From positions 101,471,509-101,535,508 of the forward strand of contig NC_068984.1 in NCBI RefSeq assembly GCF_001194135.2: 64,000 nucleotides of DNA, written 5' to 3'. Shown here one piece after another: positions 27,162-38,289 of the stretch. The translations under genes and the position numbers were made by a program. This DNA comes from Octopus bimaculoides. Its lineage: Eukaryota. The notes under the pieces were generated by a model that saw only the letters and a program-made list of their open reading frames with translations, ran no database searches and was not told the DNA's origin. Positions within the stretch are counted from its first letter, which is position 1; each line of letters begins with the position of its first letter.

Positions 27162-28084
27162 TTTTTAAATGAAATTATCTACAAATATGCTTCAGATGAT
27201 GTAGATTCTCAGTATATCGAAATTTGGATCAATTCAGTTTCAAATTTATTGTGAAAAAATGTTTCTGAGGGTGATTTTTTATGAAATTTTCTAAAAATAC
27301 TTTTCAGAGTGTGTAAATTACTATTAGGTACTTTTTGGTTGTCTCACTCAAATTTAAAAATTGGGTTATCTCCCCTACCCCGTTTCACAACATACATCAG
27401 TACTTTTGGTTATCTCCTTCAACTAAAATAGTTGTTTAACCCTCAATAAAACAATAAATAAAAAATGAAAAATTAATAAACATAAAAAGTGAAAAGATGA
27501 AACGTTTTGAATCTGATAATATTTTTATAACAAATCATACCATGCCTGTTGAGGAAGCCAAACGTCAACAATGTGTTGAAGTATTGAATCAAAAGGATCT
27601 GACTCTTTTAATCCAATCTCTTGTCACATAAGCTCAATTTTTTAGTGGGGAGATAACCTATTTTTTCAATGGCAATTTTTAATGGGGGTGAGATAACCAA
27701 AAAGTACGAAATTTCATGTGAAAAGTAAAATAGTGAGCATACACACATACATATTTATACGCATCACAATTTTTTTTTGAAATTTCATGTTTCATTTTCT
27801 AGATATCTAACGTGTGTCAGTATGTATACGAGGCCGCCAAATTTGTTTTTTCATGTTAAATTCCTATATAATTGCTAATCTACACACTCTGAAAGGTATT
27901 CATAGAAAATTTCATTAAAAAATTACCCATTTTTCTGAAAGTTATGTGTAAAGGAAGCCGTCTCGTGTAAATTTCTCTAAATTCGTCACCTTACTCACGG
28001 GAACATTTTTTTTCACAATAAATTCTGATATCATGAAAATCTACATCATCTGAAGCATATTTGTAGAAAATTTCATTAAAAAAT
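27162..28084. repeat. Foldback element with a nested TA-flanked MITE (27331-27704)
   Basis: Perfect 29-bp inversion 27179-27207 / 28038-28066 plus further mirrored blocks; inner TIR CTTTTTGGTT(G/A)TCTCAC. Confidence 0.8.
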
Positions 28085-28264
28085 ATTGGAGGCGATGTAA
28101 TAGACTTACTCTCTAATCACCACCCGAAATTGCTGGTGTTGTGCGAAAATTTGAAACCATTATTGAACAGTGTAAGGAAAATAACTTCAATTTTACCATA
28201 AATACGTACGAGTTATTTCCCTTTACTCCACTAAAAAATCTTTCATGCAGTTCATTGTAGTGTA

Positions 28265-29068
28265 GTTACTTTTATTCTTTTAATTATTACAGTCATTTCG
28301 ACTGCGGCCATGCTGGATCATGCCTTGAAGGGTTTTAGTCGAACAAATGAACCCCAGAACTTATTTTTTAAAGCCTTGTATTTATTCTGTCGGTCTCTTT
28401 TGCCGAACCGCTATTTTACGGGGATATAAACATGCCAACACCAGTTGTCAAGTGTTGATGGAGGGACAAACACAGACTCAAAGACACACACACACACACA
28501 TGGCTGTGTGGTAAGATGCTTACTTCCCAACTACATGGTTCTGGATTCAGTCCCACTGCGTGGCACCGTGGGCAAGTGTCTTCTACTATAGCCTCAGCTC
28601 AACCAAAGCTTTGTGAGTGGATTTGGTAGATGGAAACTGAAAGAAGCTTGTCATAAATATGCGTATATATACATCTATGAGTGCATGTCTTTGTGTCTGC
28701 GTTTGTTCCCCACCACCACTTGACAACCAGTGCTGGCGAGTTTATGTCCCCGTAATGTAGCAGTTCAGCAAAAGAGACCAATAGAATAAGTACCAGGCTT
28801 ATAAAAAGTAAATACTAGGTCAATACATTTGGCTAAAAATTCTTCAAGACGGTACCCTAACATGGCTGCAGTCTAATAACTGAAACAAGTAAAAGATAAG
28901 AAATAAAGGTAAGTGGGCATCTTTCAGTTTCTGTTTATGAGATCCACTCACAAAGCTTTGGTTGACCTGAGGCTACAGTAGAAGACACTTGGCCAAGGTG
29001 CCACACAGTGGGATTGAATCCAGAGCCATGTGGTTGAGAAGGAAGCTTCTTATCACCCAGCCACGCCA
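28265..29068. mobile_element. Nested family B SINEs: a + copy (28500-28905) splitting a - copy (28265-28495 and 28920-29068)
   Basis: The two halves of the - copy are colinear around the + copy. Confidence 0.75.
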
Positions 29069-29524
29069 ATGATTTTTGTTTTTATAAATCCACTAAACAC
29101 AAACAAATTCAAATTTTGAATAAAAATACTTTACATTTGGTTCATATTTCACATTCTTATGAAAAATAAGCTCCATCTTAATATGCAGATTGTTAAATAA
29201 ATCTGGATGAATTTCAAAATAACTCTTAAAGTTGCTACTGATGAATGTAAAAACTGGATTACTTGTTTTTTTGACTCTACAATAACCTAAAATCCATTTG
29301 AAGTTTCTTCCAAAGTAGGCAAGAGATCACTGACATAATTAGGCTAAAAATGACAATATAATTAATTTTCATCAGGTGGTTGTTTGGTTAAGAAGCTTGC
29401 TTCCTTACCATGAGGTCTTGGGTTCAGTCCCAGTGCATGATACTTTGGGCAAGTATCTTCTATTATAGTCCCAAGGCAACAACAAAAGAGTTGTTTGATT
29501 AGTATGTGACTACATAATGCATCA

Positions 29525-29884
29525 TTTTACCTCCACCTTAGTGAAGGTGGAGGTATTGTTTTCAGTCGTGTTTGTTTCTTTGTTTCTTTGTTTGTCCATG
29601 GACAAGATATCTCAAGAACCGCTGGATGGATTCAGATGAAACTTTCAGGGATGTTTAGCATGAAATGATTAGACTTTGGGATCAATCTGGTACCGGACAA
29701 GGATTCTGGATTATTTTTCCAGTTTTTTTTACTTAATTTATTAGAGTGGTCAGGTTAATTTTTTGTATTCTCGTTTGTGAGAGCAGTCGAGTTCACGTTA
29801 GATATTCTCATTTTAAAAATCATCTCCAGCTAATCGTTGGTGTTGCCTTGGTGGAGGTTTGCACTTTCTGAGTGCTCTTGTTTT
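29525..29884 (+). mobile_element. Non-autonomous Helentron (HINE/DINE-1-like) element
   Basis: 5' hairpin ACCTCCACCTT-AGTG-AAGGTGGAGGT, short TTTG microsatellite, 3' CCTTGGTGGAGGT plus terminal hairpin GCACT-TTCTG-AGTGC, T-rich flanks. Confidence 0.7.
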
Positions 29885-30189
29885 ATATTTGTTATATTTA
29901 TATTTTTTATATTTATATTTTTATATTTGTTTTCATTTATAATTTCTGCTACAGAGATCTAAACTCCACTTCATTGATCTGCAATATTGCTTTTGAAATT
30001 TTAATGGGTGAAAGCTAATTATTATTAGAGCTCTATTTCTTTATATACTAACTAAATGAGAACTATGGAAAATACAATGGATATGACATTAAATTAATAT
30101 ATGTAATAGGTATTTGTTCAACCATTTACATCCGTTTTTCTTTAAAGAAAGGCCTTGCCCAAAATATCAAATATTAACTCTTGTCATGG

Positions 30190-30740
30190 CACACAGACTT
30201 ATCCTATATTTTATTAACTGTGGAAGAGGTAGATCCAGGAAGATGTGAGATGAGGTGGTGAAATATGATCTTTGAATATTGAGTCTCATGGAGGTGACAA
30301 CAAGTGCCTGAGACTTTTGGGAGTTTGCTGTGCTTGAGAAGACACATCAAGCCAAGTAAAATCATAGTCATGGCCAGTGCTAGTGACATGCAAAAGGTAC
30401 CCATGCTAGTGACATGCAAAAGGTACCCATGCTAGTGACATGCAAAAGGTACCCATGCTAGTGACATGCAAAAGGTACCCATGCTAGTGACATGCAAAAG
30501 GTACCTGTGCCAGTGACGTGTAAAAAGCACCTGTACTGGTGATATGTAGAAGACACCCAGTACACGCTGCAAAGTGGTTGGCATTAGGAAGGGCATCCAA
30601 CTGTAGCGACCAAGCCAGAACAGATGACTGGAGCCTGGTGCAGCTCTTCAGCTTACCAGCTCCACTCAAAATGTCTAACCCATGCTAGCATGGATAACAG
30701 ACGCTATATGATGTTGATAATGATGATGCTGATGATGATG
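30190..30740 (+). mobile_element. RTE LINE 3' fragment containing a 26-bp tandem array (approximate ends)
   Basis: TATGCTGTGCTTGAGAAGAC-like block, TAGGAAGGGCATCCA motif, (GAT)n tail. Confidence 0.75.
30379..30508 (+). repeat. 26-bp tandem array x5 (GCTAGTGACATGCAAAAGGTACCCAT)
   Basis: Four identical units, a fifth with a variant end, then two diverged units. Confidence 0.95.
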
Positions 30741-30895
30741 AATCCCCTTTATTTGATTGTTTGTCGATATGAATGAATTTGTATATTTATCTGTATCTAT
30801 GCACTTACAATTGATCCCTTTTCACACACTTTGATCATACCATCATATTTTCCAGCAACAGAGAGGTACCAATACTAAAATATAATTGAATGCAT

Positions 30896-30901
30896 TTTAT
30901 T
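30896..30901 (-). terminator. Candidate AATAAA polyadenylation signal of CFAP54
   Basis: AATAAA on the minus strand 22 nt after the stop; a second one at 30748-30753. Confidence 0.45.
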
Positions 30902-30923
30902 CAGATAACATTAGCAATTACAT

Positions 30924-31049
30924 TTAAGTCTTTTCCGAGAAAACAAGATTAGTTAACCAAACAGCAAGTTCTCCAGTAATAAGGTGTGATCCCACATTGA
31001 CATTAAAGAGTTCCAGGAGGTGGTTTAAGTTGGTTTCTTCAAATGGCAT
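30924..31049 (-). CDS. CFAP54: CFAP54 last coding exon (MPFEETNLNHLLELFNVNVGSHLITGELAVWLTNLVFSEKT*)
   Basis: TTTCCTCAACAG| acceptor; aligns with the recalled human C-terminus; TAA stop. Confidence 0.92.
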   Translation of the reverse strand: MPFEETNLNHLLELFNVNVGSHLITGELAVWLTNLVFSEKT

Positions 31050-31267
31050 CTGTTGAGGAAAGAAAAATGTATAATTTTCTAAACTTTGCTTGAAAGAGAA
31101 TGTATATGTAATTAAATTGATGAAACTAAATATTGCATACATTTATCAATCTACTGTTCTTATATATATTAGGACATATGGTTTTGGGTCCTGAACTTCT
31201 AGTAGGGTTGTAGGGACCCTATAACATATGGTGTGTTTTGGGAATGCTTTAAATCCTAATGGGCTAT

Positions 31268-31656
31268 TTGTTGCTGTTGGCACTCCGTCACTTACGACGT
31301 TGAGGGTTCCAGTTGATCCGATCAACGGAACAGCCAGCTCGTGAAATTACCATGCAAGTGGCCGAGCACTCCACAGACACATGTACCCTTAACGTAGTTC
31401 TCGAGGATATTCAGCATGACACAGTGTGACAAGGCTGACCCTTTGAATTACAGGTACAACAGAAACAGGAAGTAAGAGTGAGAGAAAGTTGTGGTGAAAG
31501 AGTACAGCAGTGTTTGCCACCATCCCCTGTCGGAGCCTCGTGGAGCTTTAGGTGTTTTCGCTCAATAAACACTCACAACGCCCGGTCTGGGAATTGAAAC
31601 TGTGATCCTATGACCGCGAGTCCGCTGCCCTAACCACTGTTCCACTGCGCCTCCAC
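31268..31656 (-). mobile_element. SINE family C copy, near complete
   Basis: tRNA-like head GGAGGCGCAGTGG..GTGGTTAGGGCAGCGGACTCGCGG on the minus strand; CCCTTAACGTAGTTCTC body. Confidence 0.85.
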
Positions 31657-31799
31657 TAATGGGCTATAACAGAGTAATAAGATACAAAAGGTTTAGTTAA
31701 AGATCATCACTCAAAGGTATGGGAATGGAGAAAATAGACAAATCAAAGTAATTTAACATTTTTAACGCATGAAGAATGCAAACCAGTTGGAGAATGTTC

Positions 31800-32265
31800 A
31801 GAGACTTTCACCTCTGTTGGTTACAAATGGCCTCTCTGTCAGGATGGAAGGCTTTAGATGAACAGCAATGATACATGACTGTGAATGTGGAGGACACACG
31901 AAAACTTGAATGGAATGAAACAACTACGCTCTGTTGGATGTGCAATGCCAATGTAGCATATACAACAAATTACAAATGAGCTTAAAGAAAAATTGGGTAT
32001 TATAGGCATCAGCTGTGGTGTGCTGGAGAGAAGACTGTGCTGGTACAGTCATGTGATGAGGATGGATGAGGATAGTTGTATAAAGAAGTGCTGATCATTG
32101 AACGTAGAAGGAACATGTGGAAGAAGTAGATCTAGGAAGATGTGGGATGAAGAGATGAAGACTGACCTTGAGATGTTGAGCCTCTCAGAGAAGATGACAG
32201 GGGATGGAGATGGATGAGATTATGCTGTGCTTGAGAAGACTCATTCATCTCAGCAGGACTGAGGC
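31800..32265 (+). mobile_element. Degenerate RTE LINE fragment (approximate ends)
   Basis: Homologous to about 38670-39170. Confidence 0.75.
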
Positions 32266-33149
32266 TCTGTCAGGCCTTCCTCCTCAACTCATCTTCTAGT
32301 TTCTTCACTTCTTACTACACTGAACTGATATCCTCTGTGTCTACCTCAATACCTAACCCTCATCATCTGTCACACTATTTTCACTCAGAGCATTTCCTGC
32401 TCTGTCTCATATTCACATTGTATCTGGACCTCATATCTCCTTCTTCTCTTTCCCTTTCTTTGTCTCTCTCTCTCACTTTCCAGGTAGGCAATCTATGTAT
32501 TCACCTCTTCAACAACACACTTGCTCTTCTCCCTCTAACATTTAAAATATGGAGAATACAAATTTCTTTCTCTAGTCTATACTCTACTCAACTGAGAAAT
32601 CTTATCTTGTAGATACTTGACAATCTCACTGGTGCTGGTGCCCTGTACAAAAGCACTCAGTACATTCTGTTAAGTAGCTGGCATTAGGAAGGGCATCCAG
32701 CTGTAGAAACCATGTTAAAGCATAGAACATGGTAGAGTCCTCTGGCTCATTTGTTGTTGTTGAACTGTCCAACCCATGCTAGCATAGAAAAAGGATTATT
32801 AAATTTTGATAGAGCATTAAAAAGCAAACTAGAAATGAATATGCACTGAATTAATAACTAACATTATTTTCATTCTTCTGGTATGTATGGAAGTAGTAAT
32901 GGATGAATTAATGAAGCAGTAATGAATGAATTACTAAAATGTATGTGCAACAGTGTACATTTGTTGGTATATGAAAATAGAATTTAAAAAATTACATATT
33001 TCTGAGACAGTAACTGCATGAATAATAAATATTCAAAATCTTACATAGTTTCATCAACACTTGCAACATAAATGATAATTCTGATGTACACATTTTTGTA
33101 AAAAGAGTTAACATATATGCAACAAATACTATAAAGGAACCATAATTAC

Positions 33150-33221
33150 TTGGGAAATGGAGTATCTCGATGTTGGTGCAAATAATTTCTGAATTTCTTG
33201 CAGAATTGATAACACATGTCT
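33150..33221 (-). CDS. CFAP54: CFAP54 exon, 72 nt, phase 0 to 0 (RHVLSILQEIQKLFAPTSRYSISQ)
   Basis: ATTTTTCAG| acceptor, CAA|GTAATT donor; EIxxLF motif. Confidence 0.8.
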
Positions 33222-33829
33222 CTGAAAAATGATTAAGTTAATGAAAATACTAAATGAAAATATGTCTTTAATTAAAAATAATTATTAAAAAGCATAAATA
33301 TCTTATTATCCTTTCTGCTTTAATGAAATACATGTGTCTGTGCATAATTTTTCATATTAAGTGACATCAGTTCTGAATCCCACAACCACATCATAACAGT
33401 GGATTCGATGTCACCTACTGGATGAACTCAGATAAATAACACAAGGCCAAGGGGGAAGGAGAGGAATGGTGGTAGTGAAAGGAGGTGCTAACATAATTGA
33501 AACTTTAAGAGGGTAGGAAGTTAACAAAAAAAGAATATGTAGTGGTGTGGTTTGTGTTGAGCAACAGGAATGTTTTACAAGAAAACTAAAAGGCTAAGGC
33601 AGGAAGATAAGTAAGAAGGGAATGGAAGTAGGGGCTGTTTTGTAAAATGTGAATATTCATTGGATAGATATGTGTGTATTGTGAATTTTTGACAATGTTT
33701 ATCTGAGAATGTATCAGTGTATGTATTGTAAGTTTTTAACAGTATTCATCTAAGTGTGTGTGTTTCTATACCATGTGTTTGGTATTTTTGATGTGTATGT
33801 ATGTATTGTTGTTTTTTGTATATATCATC

Positions 33830-34020
33830 ATCAATCATCATCGTCATTTAACGTTCGTCTTCCATGCAAGAATGGGTTGGATGGTTGACAGGGGCCAGCC
33901 AGGTAGAAAACTACCCCAGGCTACTGTGTCTGTTTGGCAGGGTTTTTATGGCTGAATACCCTTTCTAACACCAACCACTTTACAGAGTGAACTCAATGCT
34001 TTTTACTTGGCACTATCACA
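33830..34020 (-). mobile_element. RTE 3' tail; similar tails near 32630-32800 (+), 37715-37860 (-), 42370-42525 (-), 49010-49185 (+)
   Basis: (CAT)n followed by TTTAACGT..TTCCATGC..GGGTTGGA. Confidence 0.7.
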
Positions 34021-34469
34021 GGTGAGGTTAGTTTTGGCATGATTTTTACAGCTGGATGCTCTTCCAAATGCCAACCACTTTATATGTGTGTGTGTGTGCG
34101 TGTGTGTGTAAAAGAATTCACAGGGCTCATAAAAACGACTACTAAATTTAGATACGGAATGAAATATAACTATTTGTATTGCCTGGAACATCTGGATTAT
34201 TGCAGACAATGTAACAATAACTATTTCATCTAGAATTCTTTATCTTTATCTTTTACTTGTTTCAGTCATTAGACTGCGGTCATGTTGGAACACCTCCTTG
34301 AAGGGTTTTAGTTAAACAAATAGACCCCATGACATATTTTTTCAAGCTTAGTACCTATCTGTCTCTTTTGCCGAAGTTATAGTGATGTAAACACACCAAC
34401 ATCAGTTGTCAAGTGGTAGTGGTGGTGGAGTAAACAAACACACACACAAAGACGTGTACGCATGACTGG

Positions 34470-34890
34470 CACCCATGCCAACGTTGTCTCCTTCATTGGA
34501 CACGAAACTCAGCTTGCGAAGACTTATTGGGGCAAGCGAAAGTGAAATCGTGATGGCACCTGTGCTCAGCGTCGCCTTTCTGGCACTTGTTCCCGTGGCA
34601 TGTGTAAGGACTTTCAAGCGAGATCGTTGCCAGTGCCCCTGGACTGGCTCTTGTGCGGGTGGCACATAAAATACACCATTTTGAGCATGGCCGTTGCCAG
34701 TACCACCTGACTGGCCTTCGTGCCAGTGGCACGTAAAAGCACCCACTACACACTTGGAGTGGTTGGCGTTAGGAAGGGCATCCAGCTGTAGAAACTCTGC
34801 CAAATCAGATTGGGGCCTGGTGTAGCCAACTGGTTTCATCAGTCCTCAGTCAAATCATCCAACCCATGCTAGCATGGAAAGCGGATGTTA
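34470..34890 (+). mobile_element. RTE-related 3' element ending at an N gap (approximate start)
   Basis: GCCAGT..CTGACTGGC units, AGGAAGGGCATCCAGCTGTAGAA, AACCCATGCTAGCATGGAAAGCGGA. Confidence 0.75.
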
Positions 34891-35028
34891 NNNNNNNNNN
34901 NNNNNNNNNNNNNNNNNNNNNNNNNNNNNNNNNNNNNNNNNNNNNNNNNNNNNNNNNNNNNNNNNNNNNNNNNNNNNNNNNNNNNNNNNNNNNNNNNNNN
35001 NNNNNNNNNNNNNNNNNNNNNNNNNNNN
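34891..35028. other. Assembly gap; others at 36871-36946, 46290-46705, 52266-52467, 55422-55530
   Basis: Runs of N, each inside or next to a repeat. Confidence 1.
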
Positions 35029-35105
35029 TAGTAGGAGACGCTTGCCCAAGGTGCCACGCAGTTGGACTGAACCTAGAACCATGTGGCTATCAAGCAAACT
35101 TCTTA

Positions 35106-35332
35106 TTTCTTTATTGCCCACAAAGGGCTAAACATAGAGAGGACAAACAAGGACAGACAAAGGGATTAAGTCGATTAGATCGACTCCAGTGTGCAACTGG
35201 TACTTAATTTATCGACCCCCAAAAGGATGAAAGGCAAAGTCGACCTCGGCGGAATTTGAACTCAGAACGTAACGGCAGACGAAATACCACTAAGCATTTC
35301 GCCCGGCGTGCTAACGTTTCTGCCAGCTCGCC
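35106..35332 (-). mobile_element. Young SINE family A copy inserted in a family B SINE
   Basis: 12-bp TSD GCAAACTTCTTA (35094-35105, 35333-35344). Confidence 0.85.
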
Positions 35333-35934
35333 GCAAACTTCTTACCACACAGCCATGGCTGCTTCTATAGAATGGAAATTATTATAAGATCTGGTCATGA
35401 GCAAGTTAGTGCAAGAGAGATCATTCTGTTTGTAGGAGGACAATTCCGCATAACTTGTACTATTACATCAAATCTTTGGGGGAAAGGATTTCCAGCAAAA
35501 TTTGAAATAGATTGTGGGGGCAGGGATCTGAAATTTTGAGTATCTATATTTTTGTTAATATCAGTAAAGTCTTTGAAATTTTGCTTGGGTGGGATAAAGA
35601 ATAAATGTCTTGAAAGAATAAGAAATAAAGGGTGAAGGAGAGAGTATATCAGAGAGACATTGAAGGAATGAAATAGAAAAAATAAGAGCAAAACAATTAA
35701 AGAAGGAAAAGACAGTGGTCGCTGTTTTAAAAAGGACCTGACATTTGAAGAATTTGGAAAAGCAGGAATAGAAATTGTTAGAAAGATAGATATTAAATGT
35801 TCCAAATGTAGTGTGAAGATGTAGTTAAGGCTAATGATTTCAAGCAGTTTAATCCTTAGTTCAGTTTATATTGTGGAAATGGACAAGTGACTCTACAATC
35901 TATTACCTGTCTGTGCAAGCACCATATGCATGTG

Positions 35935-36107
35935 ACTGTGTGGGAAGAAGTTTGTTTCCCAACCACATAATTCCAGGTTTAGCCCCAATGTGAGGCACCT
36001 TGGACAAGTGTCTTTTACTATATCCTCAGACCAACTAAAGCCTTGTGAGTGGATTTGGGAGACGGAAACTGAAAAAAGCTTACCATGTGTGTGTGTGTGT
36101 GTGTGCG

Positions 36108-36144
<37 letters not shown>

Positions 36145-36345
36145 TTGTCCCCCACCACCACTTGATAACCAGTATTGGTGTATTTATGTACTCATAATTT
36201 ATTGGTTGACTCAAAAGAGACCAATAGAATAAGTATCAAACTAACACAAATAAAGTACTGGGTCAAGTCATTTGACTAAAATTCTTCAAGGTGGTGCCCC
36301 AGCATGCCTGCAGTCTAATAACTGAAGCAAGTAAAAGATAAAAGA
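35935..36345 (+). mobile_element. SINE family B copy with central (TG)n (approximate ends)
   Basis: Same head and tail motifs as the other B copies. Confidence 0.8.
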
Positions 36346-36539
36346 TGCCAATAATCTATCTTTAAAGTATCAGGTTAGTTCTAGTTATTTGAAGAAAAAT
36401 ATTATAATAAAATAAAATAATGTTGGAAATTTTGACATGGACAACCACAAAATATACCTTGAGGCAAAAAGAATGATACACAGAAATGTCTACTATAAAA
36501 TTTGAATATAAATCCAATTTTATTATTATTATTATTATC

Positions 36540-37085
36540 ATAAGGTGAGAGAGCAGCACATGCCATCAAAGTGACACTGGGGTACAACGATACAAAGCCC
36601 AATATATTCATTATGTCTACCCGTCTGATAAGGGTGCACCAGGCACATGCATCACAACCATATGTGCACGACATGGTGATCTCATATCATGATAAACAGT
36701 GCACGACCTTGCAGGTGGGACCCAGTTAGAATTTTTTTGAGGTCGGGAAGCCCATCTTGCTTAAAAGGTCTCTGAATAAGGTTTGTTTAAGGGTGATGAA
36801 CAAAACACCCATGTTTCCAGAGGTGAATTATTCAAATTCCAAAGAATTCATTTCAACACATGGCTATGATNNNNNNNNNNNNNNNNNNNNNNNNNNNNNN
36901 NNNNNNNNNNNNNNNNNNNNNNNNNNNNNNNNNNNNNNNNNNNNNNCTACTTCTGCTTGTGATCAGAGATGCACATATCGCCAGCCACAAAAGGGACATG
37001 CTCAACTGGTTAAGGTCAAGCTACTGACAAACAAATTTGCAGTATTGAGTAGAATATTTGCTGCAGAGCAAATCTGTGGTGTAGA
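36540..37085. repeat. Dispersed repeat family F spanning an N gap; inverted copy near 49930-50130
   Basis: 36947-37085 matches the reverse complement of about 49930-50065. Confidence 0.65.
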
Positions 37086-37188
37086 GCTATTATTATTATA
37101 ATTATTACTATTATTATTATTTGCAAAGTTGCATTTATTGTTAGCAGCTGGAGATTATAGAATTAGAAGCAGAAGAGAAACTATTTAA

Positions 37189-37404
37189 TTCTTTTGCATT
37201 CAGATTACTCTATCAAATGTAATGCTTGTTTATTCATATTGCTTTGAATTAAACATGCATTAAATTGTAGCTTCAAGATTTCAATAATGTGATTGTTTAT
37301 TTTTAGAACAACATTGTCATGTAAATGTAAGAGAGGCTGGATCTGGCCAACATAAAACATGCAGAAGATTTGAATCAGATGCAGCCAGTTTAAATGCTAA
37401 AGGG
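37189..37404. mobile_element. piggyBac-type TTAA MITE
   Basis: Same internal sequence as 54869-55088; ends AATGCTAAAGGG|TTAA. Confidence 0.7.
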
Positions 37405-37476
37405 TTAAGCTGGTGATATAAATTTTCTATTTAGCTAAATAGATAATATAAAATAGTGTTCATTGAGTAGAGTCAC

Positions 37477-37606
37477 CTGATAGTCTTGGGTTTCAGCATC
37501 TGAAGAAAATGAACCAAATGACTTTCTTGAATGGAGAACAGGTTTTCTGGGTTTAGAATTCAAAGGTTTCTCAGCTATTTCCTTCATATGTATGGCTTTC
37601 TTGATG
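37477..37606 (-). CDS. CFAP54: CFAP54 exon, 130 nt, phase 2 to 0 (IKKAIHMKEIAEKP...QDYQ)
   Basis: TTTATTTTTGTCAG| acceptor, CAG|GTGACT donor; phases fit. Confidence 0.85.
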
Positions 37607-38289
37607 CTGACAAAAATAAATTAAAATAACTTTTAGCAAGCAATTTTGTTGACAATAAATCAAAAGTGAATAAGTATACATGCAAGAATAATGTAGTTAA
37701 AATCATCATCATCACCATCATTTAATGTCCATTTTCCATGCTGACTGGCAAGGCCAGGGGCTGCACCAGGTTCCATAGTCTGTTTTGGCTTGGCTCATGT
37801 AGCTGGATGCCCTTCCTAACACCAACCACTTTACAAAGTGTACTGGGTGCTTTTTAAATGAGGAGGAGTCAAAAGTATATAATTAAAATTAACAGAGTTG
37901 TGTTGTTTAAAGAACTCATACTCCAGACACCTCATCACAATTATCTATCTCTTGCAGCTCTTACTAATAATTTATTTTTTCTGTTTCTCATTCCCTTACT
38001 AGATGTGAGTAGCCAGGTAGATCTTCTACAAGAACTTGCTCTGACCCTCCCCTTCTCATGGTTTAATTCCCTTGTCTCCTATCATGAAACTGGCCCCTAC
38101 ATACACCTGGGTTCACACTGCTGTGAGCTGCATGGCGACCTCAATAGTGCAGGTGTAAAGTGGTTGATGTTAGGAAGGTCATCTGGCTGTAGAAATCATA
38201 TCAAAGCAGACATTGAGGTATGATGCAGTTTTGGAACTCATCACATCCTATCAGACCATCAAATCCATGAACCAAACAAAAAAATCTAA

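Noticed and set aside
30379-30508. CRISPR-like array
   Set aside because: Units are contiguous with no spacers, in a eukaryotic LINE context
33150-33221. Alternative reading DMCYQFCKKFRNYL...TPFPK of this CFAP54 exon
   Set aside because: Also open and superficially similar to human DMIIQCC..TPLSE, but it needs phase 2 to 2, whereas both neighbours require phase 0
35395-35805. 136-aa minus-strand ORF inside CFAP54
   Set aside because: Low-complexity pyrimidine-rich stretch, no CFAP54 motif, and the exon chain closes without it
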